Source of the DNA: Ylistrum balloti
Taxonomy: Eukaryota
Reading direction: 5' to 3'
Assembly (NCBI RefSeq): GCF_031769215.1
Contig: NW_026782132.1
Coordinates: 1,364,001 to 1,428,000 of the forward strand
Length of the DNA: 64,000 nt
The notes below the pieces were generated by a model. That model had not been told where the DNA came from. It saw nothing but the letters and a program-made list of their open reading frames with translations, and did no database searches. A program made the translations under genes and the position numbers. Below are positions 1 through 11,892 of this stretch, piece by piece; the first letter of the stretch is position 1, and each line of letters begins with the position of its first letter.

Positions 1-205
1 CGTCTACATCCACGAAAATATATATTTTATAAAGCACTTGCTTCCTGTATTATATCACTATGTATTTATATGCCGATTATTGATTATATAACATATCATG
101 GTAAACACGCATTCGTGTTTGAACAAATATGCAAGGTGCGCAGTGTTTACAACGTTTCGAGATAGAAACAATGCCACCCTCAGACTGTACCTAGTTGGTT
201 CTTAC

Positions 206-3200
206 CTATGGCCTGACCAAGAATTTTACATCCTTCTGTCTCAAATGTATTATGGCTCAGGTTGAAGTGTTTCAGTGCCTTACAGTTCTGTAAGTAGGAA
301 ACGTTAGTAAACAATAACACAGCGGTCTAGCGCTATAATTGATTCCTGCACGTTAATGCATGTTGTAAATGCCGATGCCAAGTCGAATTACGTAATGGAT
401 GTTGTCAAAATATCACTTACATCCATCATTCTGTTTTCATAGTGAAATATGTTTCAAACTTGTAAATGTAATAATTGACATGTTTGTGAACACAACAGAA
501 ACTCAAAGGCCATATTTTTTATGTATTCTGTCCGAAAAGTCTTATAACTATGTAAACGTTGATGTTTGCTTTGGTAGGCGGTATGGCACGACTCTGTGAT
601 ATAACATATAGAGGCGTCTTTATGCTTGCTAAAACCTACATGTAGTTATAAGTTATATGCACGGTAACGCGTTTAACGTGACTGATATACGACAGTTCCT
701 CTTAGCATCTCTTTGTATTGCTGCCCGCAAAATGACGTCAAACGACAAAGCCAACTCGTTCCGCGAAATGAAGGAACAGTGGATTTTTTTCTTACTTTGA
801 GGGATATTTGCGATTTCTTTATATTGCTCAAGCGAGTTTTCCTCTTTTAACATTACTTTTCCTTTTTGTGTTTCTTTTTTTTTTTTTTTTTTAATTTGTT
901 AACTTTTTATATTATCGCCTTAATTTGCTGCTTCTGCACATTGCCTAGTGACGTCTTTCCGCGGCCAACAAATAACTTACTAATTTGAAAATTACGTTTG
1001 GCGTTGGAGTTTCTCGGTTGCCAGCCAGATTAATTTGATCAAGAGGCAGATACGCCATGCCCGGTTGCCATTGATTTGAAATGAGGGGCTTATAGATTCT
1101 GTCCGAGCAAAGCAAAATTACTTTCCTCTGTCATTGTTGAAACGTCAGCTATACGTTTGGGGCAATCCGCTAAAACTTTGATCTCTATTTTGTACAGCAT
1201 TGCCTGGGTAACATGTATTATAGACGATCACGTTTACCTGTATGATGTATGCTATAGATCCACTGTCCTTGTCCTGTATACGGTTACCTACGGTAGAAAA
1301 ACTATATTTATTTCCCTACAAATATCTCCACCTTACATTGTTTTATGTCAATCTAAGTTTATTTCTTGTTTTCTACGTCTTTCTAAAATCAGATTTTTTA
1401 AAATCAGTTTTACTAGAAAAAGTAAGACAGAAAGACAAGTTAATTTTAGTAAAAATGAATAGGTCAAATGCTACTCCAATGGAATAAATTTTCCAAATGA
1501 AGCAGCTTAGCAACACAAGTTAATATGCAAGTATTGAGCTAAAAACACACATCTTAAACGGATCAGAAATAGTTGGTCGAAAAACCGATTACAAGCTGTA
1601 CTTCGTGAAAGTACAAGTAACCCTCTTTTTGCAGTGTGAAATTCAGATTTAATTTAAACAAACCTCGTTTACTTTTGTTTTCTCTATGAGATTTATTCAT
1701 TGTAAATATATTCGTCAAATTCAGTTTGATTTCTTTCTCATATTTTCTTTACACTCATTTGATCCAGTAAAATTGCCATAATGAATTCAAACCCAACGTC
1801 GATCCTGAAGGATGAGAATACAACGCTATCTAAGCTATTGTTGTTAGTAGTTACCAGAATAAGAGAAGTATTGAATTTACTTTTCCTTTCCTGAAACTAC
1901 TCTGAAATGACATAAAAGTTGTGAAAATCTTTTACTTAGTATAGATCTGTATACATTATAGATCTTTATTCTCCGTGTTCATGACTGATATCTCACTTGG
2001 TAGATCTGTAAAACTGATTTTTCATCTCGCATATCTTGTATTGTCCGTGACTCCGCAACATATTTTGACAAAACATGTATTTCACAATATTTTTCCTATT
2101 GTGATTACCTGCCAGACTGAGATGATGAAGCTGACGAATACCCGGACACCTGGACAGACCATCTAGAGTTTCACTTCCCAGTCCACACTCATCTAAAGCC
2201 TGAAGGTTAAAAAAATGAAACTTAAAAAGTAGCACTGCTTTCTTCAGAGCCAGGCGTTTAACCATCCTATCCTCCCAGTCCTTCTGAACCCGAAATTGGT
2301 CCGTACGCGTAACCAATTTTCCTACCTACGTTCTTTAACATGTAAACCCACACGTAGACAATTCCGCTTCCCTTCTCTCCCACAAAACCTAAATAGGGGT
2401 TTGCTGTAACCTACACAATTTTTTTTATTCATAGGAATAGCAGCACGGTTAAGAATATGTAGAGGATATTTAATAGTCTTCAATAATAACAAATATTTTT
2501 CACAAATGTGTCCATTTTAGCATCTTTCATGAGTGCGCATCAAGACTGAAAGATAAAAAGATATCAGACACATGAGCGAAATGTATCTGTTATTACTTAA
2601 GACACTAATAGATATTCTATTTACTACATTTTCACAAGCAAAATAGCTAAATTCCTAGCATAATAAGTACAGATATAAGAGGACGAAGCTTTTTCGATGA
2701 CACTACTCACTCATTACAACTTCGTAGTACGCGATAAAATATAGTCTGTTTTTCAAAAATCCTTAGAAATATGTAAACACAAAAAATAATTTCAATGACA
2801 ATTTTTTTACATTAACATATAAAATGTTTTTTTAATGTCACTAACAAACAAAATATGCAGTGAAACGTTCAAAGAGAGTGTGACAAGTTACTACGCAACT
2901 GAAAATATGGCGGCAACTTAACTGTCGCTGTTGATGACACGAATCCTCTTGAAATGTCTGACGTGACGCTATCCACAATGGAACACTTCTCAAAATTTGA
3001 TGCAGATATTTTGTTTTGCAATATAAGTGATTATTGACTATACTAAACTAAATGTAGTGTATTGTGTCATTTTAACCGGCTCGCGTCTTCGATGTTGCTA
3101 ACCATCTCCAGTTGAAATTGAAAATACGAAATTATAAAACTTTTCCTGGAAATGATGCCATGCGACACCACAAATATTGTATCATGGTTTAATACAATGA

Positions 3201-5080
3201 AAAGTGTGTTTAAAATCAAAATTTTGATAGATATCTGACTCTCGTGAGTTCAAATGTGTAAGTTTTCGATTGTGTTGTTTTTCACTTGTGGAAAAAAACA
3301 GCACTTTTATCAGTGAGATATTTTTCTATATTTCACAGGCAAAAACGTTATAGATACATATACGTTCATCTGAAATTGACACACATGTATAATGACATCT
3401 ACATTTTGATTTCTTTCGATCACTTTCGGTTTGCCTAGATATCCTCCTAATTTTTAAAATTTAGTCCCCTTACCTTTTGACGAGTCCTAGAAGGACGAAA
3501 CAGCTGTATAATGCAATTTAATTCATTATCTGGCTCTAGTGTATCGAATTCAGAATGTGCGTTTTTGGTACAATTTTCTAACAGGCCTTCTTTGTGTGAA
3601 TAGCAGACTAATAAAAATGTGACATGAAGGATAGCCATGTTTCCTTGTATCTCTGCTGGCTTATCTCTCTGTCAGACGTATTATACTTCTACATACATCA
3701 CCGTGTACTGTAAACCACGAGCTACTTCACCACATACACCAACCCGAGTCATATTTAAGATTGTGTTCCGGAAACTCATACCATAGTGTTGTGGAAAAGG
3801 CAGAAGATCTCGAATACTGACCTTTTCACACAGGGAAGTGACACCATTTCTTATATATTCCCTTGCAACTATCCCTGATACAAGTGCGACCATGGAGTTA
3901 AGTTTGTGCCAAGAGGCCGTGTTCTTGAACCAATACCTACTAGCGTGGTCAGTTTCGAGGTATATATCAGAACTTCCTGGACATAGCGGCCTTCTCGACT
4001 GGACAACATGTTTCCGGAGAGATCCAGTGTTCCGAGAATCCCGTCTCCCTAAATCATTCAAACTTTCTTAATCAGAAATATAATGTCCACTGTCTGTTAA
4101 CTATATATGGTATAACACCTTATCTACAACCATTTAGTATAAACTATACATGGTATCACACCTTATCTACAACCATCTAGTATAAACTATACATGGTATC
4201 AAACCTTATCATCTACAGCCATCTGGTATAAACTATACATGGTATCACACCTTATCTACAACCATCTAGTATAAACTATACATGGTATCAAACCTTATCA
4301 TCTACAGCCATCTGGTATAAACTGTACATGGTATCACACCTTATCTACAACCATCTAATATAAACTGTACATGGTATCAAACCTTATCTACAACCATCTA
4401 ATATAAACTATACATGGTATCACACCTTATCTACAACCATCTAATATAAACTATACATGGTATCACACCTTATCTACAACCATCTAATATAAACTGTACA
4501 TGGTATAACACCTTATCTACAACCATCTAATATAAACTGTACATGGTATAACACCTTATCTACAACCATCTAATATAAACTGTACATGGTATAACACCTT
4601 ATCTACAACCATCTAATATAAACTATACATGGTATCACACCTTATCTACAACCATCTAATATAAACTGTACATGGTATCACACCTTATCTACAACCATCT
4701 AATATAAACTATACATGGTATAACACCTTATCTACAACCATCTAATATAAACTATACATGGTATCACACCTTATCTACAACCATCTAATATAAACTATAC
4801 ATGGTATCACACCTTATCCACAACCATCTAATATAAACTGTACATGGTATAACACCTTATCTACAACCATCTAATATAAACTATACATGGTATCACACCT
4901 TATCTACAACCATCTAATATAAACTATACATGGTATCACACCTTATCTACAACCATCTAATATAAACTATACATGGTATCACACCTTATCTACAACCATC
5001 TAATATAAACTATACATGGTATCAAACCTTATCATCTACAACCATCTACTATAAGATATACACGGAATAACACCTAAAAG

Positions 5081-5146
<66 letters not shown>

Positions 5147-6794
5147 CTGCCTGGGTTATTTTAACCATTTTATCGATCTGTAAACATATGATTCATACAA
5201 TAATCTGAATATAGATAATATATTTACATAGATTGTGCACATCTGATACATAGAATAATCTAAATATAATACAACCAGCATGTATATAGCATACATGTAG
5301 TCTTTTTCTGTGTTTAGTAAATAAATTATATTAATTATTCATTGTTCATAAACACTGAAAGTTACGTTTGAAAATATTCCCTCTGTCGTTAATGACCCGT
5401 CTGGGCTTCATTACAGACATTAACACTGTGAAGTAGAGATGACCTACCCTCACTGTTTTACAGACTGCTCTGATTTCTTTGCCTCCGAGATAAAAATTTC
5501 GGACAGACATACGAGATCCTCCAATTTGACCCATGACCCTTCGGACAGGTATGACCTTGATCTTTTGGCATAATTTCGTGTAGTAATTTCTTCGTCTCCC
5601 CGCCTCTTTAGCATTAGCACGAGTCTGCCAAACTGAAACTGTTATTTTTCTATGTCATCAAATTCTTCGATTTGAAAAATAAAATGCATGGAAATGTTAT
5701 TTTAACATCCACAAGTAAATGACAATGTTGGTTGCATTTGTTTAATATTAATACGTATCGCATGTCGTTATATATTCTGGAACGGTAAGGGCGTATCAAA
5801 CACATGTTTCACCGGAAGTAGGATATAATTCAATTTAAAATGAGTTCCAATGTAATATCTTGGATTTCTGAGACTTTGTCATCTATGAAGTTGTACTTAC
5901 TAGCTGATATAAGATGCTTTAGAAGACGTTCTGTAGAGAATTTGCTAGTGGACTACTTTTTTATCAACGGCTCTGTGACGAACCCAGAAAACAAATATCA
6001 ATAATAAGATAAATCCTCATCATAAAAAAAACTTCTTTATCGGAGTAAAAAGACTTGAAAGTTTTAGAACATGGTCAAATAAACGATTTAAACTATCCAT
6101 TTTTTTCATTTTTGTTGCTATGACATCCCCAGTTATGAGGTTATTAAATGAAATAAGAATTCAGCGCTTTCACATGTTTTTCCTGTTATCCAGGTATCAT
6201 TCTATTGCCTTTCAATAAAAGTGGAAATTCATATTTCAGAAAAGGTTGCATTGAAAATAACAAAGGGCGAGTAAAATGGAAAAAAATCAGAAATAGAATT
6301 AGAAATTTTAACCACTAAGCCTTTATCCATCTTTAATGCAATGGCACTGTATATCAACACTCGTATACACCGTATGTCAGAGTGACCAGTTAACTACAAT
6401 ACAACACGTTTTCACGTTTTATGAAATAATCATAGAGTAGGACTCTAATTCAAAACTATTATTTTTTTTCTTTTTGGTCATATTATGTGTCATTTCCAGC
6501 CATAATAATAAACCGAATTTAGATTCCGTTTTAACACATGGAATTATTTTCCTTGTGCTTAATTTATAACAGATATATGTGAGACATGTACAGACACTTA
6601 CCGACTTTCTGTGATGTTCTTTTCTTCACTGCTACTGTTAAGAACTCGGTGTCCGAGCGCGTGAAGGCTACACGGAATTGGTCACTTGTTTTAAGCCTCG
6701 GTAGTGAGAACTCTTGCTTAATGACATCATCCCTCTTACTCTTCTTTGTTGTAAGAGATTTTACTTTGTCCATACTTGGTCTTGTCCAGCCCAT
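206..6794 (-). CDS. RI-like leucine-rich repeat protein, LRRC74A/B-like (multi-exon; 3' end runs off the left edge of the window)
   Basis: Exons (-): 6602-6794, 5448-5632, 3941-4048, 2109-2199, 1238-1287, 206-287, all GT-AG and phase-compatible (1,0,0,1,0,1). Joined translation includes YYTKLCQKIKVIPVRRVMGQIGGSRMSVRNFYLGGKEIRAVCKTVR-GDGILGTLDLSGNML...SKLTTL-ALDECGLGSETLDGLSRCPGIRQLHHLSLAG-NRIQDKDSGSIAYIIQ-NCKALKHFNLSHNTFETEGCKILGQAI, i.e. ~28-residue LxxLxLxxN/C repeats. The Y..C....V.P pre-LRR segment resembles LRRC74 (recalled, not searched). Start at ATG 6794 is uncertain; an upstream coding exon is possible. Confidence 0.85.
3477..3514 (+). ncRNA. Minimal type I hammerhead ribozyme relic, copy A (5' strand of helix I missing, C3->U)
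   Basis: TTGACGA GTCC TAGAA GGAC GAAA CAGCTG TA TAATGC: perfect 4-bp helix II, intact GAAA, palindromic helix III, GUA cleavage triplet. Lies in an LRR-gene intron, antisense to that gene. Confidence 0.7.
4103..5060. repeat. 43-bp minisatellite, ~22 copies, intronic
   Basis: Unit tatctacaaccatctaatataaactatacatggtatcacacct; period checked at 4441/4484. Confidence 0.95.
5085..5144. repeat. (GATT)15 microsatellite
   Basis: Read directly from the sequence. Confidence 0.97.
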
Positions 6795-7259
6795 GGTCAA
6801 GGCACTGACACTAAAAATTCAATCATTTGATTTTAACATGTTGGTGTCCCGATTCAGCAACTGCTTTCAAACGTAACCTTTACGAACCGACGAACAATTA
6901 CAGGCTTAAGATTCCAGGCAAGCTTTTCGTTGCATTATCGATGACTGTCTTACAGTCTTGACATTCCGTTGAAGATATTACATGCTCGTCATGAGGTCAA
7001 ACGGCAATTGAATAGAATCGTGTTCGTGTATTGAATACCAGGAAATCCATAAAGATGTAGGAGGTAGGGATAAAACATTATTTTTACCTCAACATTCTCT
7101 CACTAAGCATTCCTCTTTAATATCATATACATGTTTATCAGGTTAGGGAGTTAAACTATCTATCGATTGCAGTGTAAACTTTTCCTTCACGCAAAGATAT
7201 GGGAGATGTTTTACTTTTTATTTTCATATAATGATATTATTGAAAAAGATCAGATGATA

Positions 7260-7700
7260 GATCCTTATAGTGATATCACCTGTTCATTACAGTGGTATCA
7301 CCAATTCATTATAGTGATATCACCTGTTCATTACAGTGGTATCACCTATTCATTATAGTGATATCGCCTTTCCATTACAGTGATATCGCCTTTCCATTAT
7401 AGTGATATCGCCTTTCCATTACAGTGATATCACCTATTCATTACAATTATATCACCTATTCATTACTGTGATATCACCTATTCCTTACAGTGATATCACC
7501 TATACATTACTGTGATATCACCTATTCATTACAATTATATCACCTATTCATTACTGTGAAATCACCTATTCATTACAGTGATATCACCTATTCATTACAA
7601 TTATATCACCTATTCATTACAGTGATATCACCTATTCATTACAGTTATATCACCTATTCATTACAGTTATATCACCTATTCATTATAGTGATATCACCAA
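7260..7700. repeat. 22-bp minisatellite, ~20 copies, with isolated inverted units downstream
   Basis: Unit gtgatatcacctattcattaca (period checked at 7561/7583); reverse-complement units near 7709-7730 and 7942-7966. Confidence 0.9.
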
Positions 7701-8644
7701 GAATTGGTTATAGTGAATAGGCAATATCAATAAATCATTTGGAGATATCACCGATTGATGATGGTTACATAACAGTCAGATATATTATCAATCCACGTTG
7801 AACTGGAGCTATCAACTTTTTATCACCTGTTCACTATAGTGATATCGCCTATTAAGATATATTATCAATTCACTTTGAATTAGAGATATTTACTATTAAT
7901 TGTGGTGATATTTTAAATCCATTTGGTGATAAAGAATTGAGGATATCACTGTAATGAATAGATGACGCAGCCATCATGAATTAGTGATTTCATTTCTAGT
8001 GGTGTCATCTAAGTGTATTTGAAAAATATATTGGCACCTCATAAGGATCATTTTAAGTTGTTGTCATCATTTTCCAGTACATTTAAATGGTAAGTATCTA
8101 ATGTTTTAAAACCTACTGTTCGTTTAACTTAAAACGTAAGTTGATGAAATTCGGTTAATGAAACGATTTTTTTTAATCTAAATATAGAATAAAAAAATGA
8201 AACGGGGTACGACTTTCGTCCACTGGCTATTTCATCTGGCATGAATTCCTGAGTAACGAGCTCCAGTGCTGACTCATCATTAAACATCTATGTGGGATAT
8301 GTACCTTACTACATCTCATAGCAAGCAATCATTCCCTTACCACTCAGATACGTGTAATTGGATTCAATCCAGTTTCACTTTTTTAAAAGATTCCTTTTCT
8401 TGGCGCTCTGCCGCAGCGGACATGGTTTAAGAATGTATCACATCTGATCAAGGCACTCTACCTAACTAGCATTTACAGCCATGGGAAACAAAATGCTTCT
8501 CGTTTGTTTCTAGTATGTTCTGAGCACACAGAGGGACTAGTGTGCCACTTTTTTGCAGTAATTTGCAATTACAGACTGAAACGAAATTTTGTTTAAACAA
8601 ATTTCAGGATCAACGTGCAATTCTTATAATCATATGGGATGTCT

Positions 8645-10000
8645 TTGTTAAGTCACTTTTTGTTCTGTTACATTATACACTGGTTACATTGTGTGTGACA
8701 CTGTACATCAGTTGTGTTGTGTTACACTGTACACCAGTTACAATGTGTGTGACACTGTTCACCAGTTACAATGTGTGTTACACTGTACACCAGTTACAAT
8801 GTGTGTGACACTATACATCAGTTGTGTTGTGTTAAACTGGACATCAGTTACAATGTGTGTGACACTGTACACCAGTTACATTGTGTGTGACACTGTACAC
8901 CAGTTACACTGTGTGTGACACTGTACATCAGTTGTGTTGTGTTACACTGTACACCAGTTACAATGTGTGTGACACTGTACACCAGTTACACTGTGTGTGA
9001 CACTGTACATCAGTTGTGTTGTGTTACACTGTACACCAGTTACATTGTTACATTGTGTGTGACACTGTACACCAGTTTACACTGTGTGTGACACTGTACA
9101 CCACATCACTTTTTGTTCTGTTACATTATTGTGTGTGTGTTACATCAGTTGTGTTGTGTTACACTGTACACCATTTACAATGTGTGTGTGTGACATGTGT
9201 GTTTGTACACCAGTTACAATGTGTGTGACACTGTACATCAGTTGTGTTGTGTTAAACTGGACATCAGTTACAATGTGTGTGACACTGTACACCAGTTACA
9301 TTGTGTGTGACACTGTACACCAGTTACACTGTGTGTGACACTGTACATCAGTTGTGTTGTGTTACACTGTACACCAGTTACAATGTGTGTGACACTGTAC
9401 ACCAGTTACAATGTGTGTGACACTGTACATCAGTTGTGTTGTGTTAAACTGGACATCAGTTACAATGTGTGTGACACTGTACACCAGTTACAATGTGTGA
9501 GACACTGTATATCAGTGGTGTTGTGTTACATTATACATCGATCAAATTTTGTGAAACTGTACTTCAATTGTGTTGTGTTAAACTGTAAATTGGTTACCTT
9601 ATGTGTGATACTGTACGTCAGTTGTGTTGTGTTACACTGTACATCAGTTACAATGTGTGTGACACTGTACATCAGTTGTGTTGTGTTACACTGTACACCA
9701 GTTACAATGTGTGTGACACTGTACACAAGTTACAATGTGTGTGACACTATACATCAGTTACATTGTGTGTGACACTATACATCAGTTGTGTTGTGTTACA
9801 CCGTACATCAGTTGTGTTGTGTTAAACTGTAAATTGGTTACCTTATGTGTGACACTGTACGTCAGTTGTGTTGTGTTACACTGTACACCAGTTACAATGT
9901 GTGTGACATTTACATCCGTTGTATTGTGTTACACCGTACATTAGTTGTGTTGTGTGTTACACTATATATCGTCTGTGTTACGTTACATATCAGTTGTTTT
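8645..10000 (+). repeat. 26/28-bp CA/TG-rich minisatellite, left arm of a fold-back
   Basis: Mixed units cagttacaatgtgtgtgacactgtacac (28 bp) and cagttgtgttgtgttacactgtacac (26 bp). The Cys/Val/Thr-rich ORFs here are repeat artefacts. Confidence 0.9.
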
Positions 10001-10099
10001 ATGTATCACACTATACGTCTGTTGTGGCACGTGTCACATTGTAAACTGCATTTGACATGTCAAGCTGTACATCTAATGTGTTGAGTGCACTTCATTTGT

Positions 10100-10870
10100 A
10101 CTTCAATGTAACACATAACACAACACGAGCGAAGTACAATGTGACACATATCCCAACACAACTGATGCACAATGTAACACATTCCAGACAACACAACTGA
10201 TACACAATGTAACACATAACAGAAAAAAACGTGATGTACTTTGTGACACATAACATAACACAAGTGATGAAGAATGTAGCACGTACACATAACATAGAAC
10301 AACTCATATACAATGTAACTCTTAGCAAAACACAACTGATGTACAATGCTACACATAACACAGCTGATGTACAATCTAACACGTAACGCAATTGATGTAC
10401 GACGTAACACATAACACAGCATCAGTGATGTACAATGTAACACAACAACGGTGATGTACAGTGTAACACAACAACGGTGATGTATAATGTAACACAACAA
10501 CGGTGATGTACAGTGTAACACAACAACGGTGATGTACAATGTAACACAACAACGGTGATGTACAGTGTAACACAACAACGGTGATGTACAGTGTAACACA
10601 ACAACGGTGATGTACAGTGTAACACAACAACGGTGATGTACAGTGTAACACAACAACGGTGATGTACAATGTAACACAACAACGGTGATGTACAATGTAA
10701 CACAACAACGGTGATGTACAATGTAACACAACAACGGTGATGTACAGTTTAACACAACAACGGTGATGTACAATTGATGTACATAACACAACAACAGTGA
10801 TGTATTGTGTTAACACAACAACGGTGATGTACATTATGTAACACAACAACGGTGATGTACAGTGCAACTT
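10100..10870 (-). repeat. 26-bp minisatellite in inverted orientation, right arm of the fold-back
   Basis: Unit gtgatgtacagtgtaacacaacaacg (period checked at 10451/10477); its reverse complement shares tgttgtgttacactgtacatca with the left-arm unit. Confidence 0.9.
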
Positions 10871-11892
10871 TTTACATCTGGTATTGTGACAAGCAGATTT
10901 TCAGAGAAATACTGATGGTATATGTATATATCCCTCAGAGCGATATCTATAAGAACACTCGTAGATAAATCACTAAAACGTGCCGGTTAGTTCTAGGCTC
11001 ATGATCTCAAATGAGAGTGAGAATAATTACAGGTGTCGGGCAAACTCCCACAGAGGTCATGGCCTTGGTTTGAAAGTTAACCTCGGAGTCCTCATCATAT
11101 ACCGCATGCCTTTTAGTGTGATGATAAAAACAGGTAATCAAGATTTGTTTACAATATACGTGCTTGTATCTGGAGATGCCTGGAAAATATTTATGCGGCG
11201 AATTGTAAGGAAAATGTCAACAGTTATGCAAAATATAACGTCTGAAATATTTCAACATATTCCGGACCCCAATTCGGAATTTACAGAAGAAAATGAAATA
11301 TTAGATTTTTTTTCTAAATTAAATATCGATATTCAAAATTTCCGACATCTTCATTTACAATTGTACAAATCTTCCCTTCATTTGTAGACATTTTGATATT
11401 TTAAAGGAAACGTTTCGAAACGGCTAAATATAAAACATATATTATGCGATTCACAAGCACTTAAAAATCAATCATTTGTAAGGAAACTGCAGTGTAAAGC
11501 ACTACTAACAAATGTGCTTAACTTTATAACTGGACAAGGAGTAGCTGTCGTTTCTACACAAGATAAAAATAACATACAGAGAGCGCTTATTTTTATGGAA
11601 GTTTATTAACAACACCTATCACTTTTCTGAACAAAAATCGTCACGATTGAATAAAGCTGCTTTTTAAATACGCTCATTACAACACATACATGTGCGATTA
11701 GATCTGACGCGAGAGAAGATAGTGATTCAGACAATAAAATGTCGATTACAAGGCCCTTGATAGTGAAACAAAACTTAAACAAAAGCGCTTAATAAATAAA
11801 CTATACTTAACTTTATAAGCTAGTTTGATTAGTTCATTTTAACCACTGTTGCACCATTATTTGAATAAGTCTCTGTTGGATCATTATTCCAG

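Noticed and set aside
981-1130. Minus-strand segment encoding LPLDQINLAGNR with a gtaagt donor, a possible extra LRR exon
   Set aside because: Exon 1238-1287 joins exon 206-287 with correct phase and unbroken LRR spacing; this segment has only weak or phase-incompatible acceptors. An alternative exon is not fully excluded.
2440-3420. Possible non-autonomous DNA transposon in the LRR-gene intron
   Set aside because: Only a loose ~15-bp inverted match (tatttttcacaaatg versus cacttgtggaaaaaa) and no target-site duplication could be established by eye.
3681-4061. 126-aa minus-strand ORF from the track
   Set aside because: The real exon (3941-4048) is read in a different frame that yields the LRR consensus.
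8205-8282. Minus-strand hammerhead-like string ATGATGA-GTC..CACTGG...CCAGTG-GAC-GAAA
   Set aside because: C3 is absent, helix III cannot pair and there is no helix I partner; it does not match the family consensus found elsewhere in the window.
8542-10867. Many overlapping Cys/Val/Thr/His-rich ORFs (up to 244 aa)
   Set aside because: They are translations of the 26/28-bp minisatellite in several frames on both strands, with no splice structure or domain signal.
10980-11387. 135-aa plus-strand ORF between the fold-back and HSP70
   Set aside because: No recognisable motif or partner exons, and the 3' half is low-complexity AT-rich sequence.
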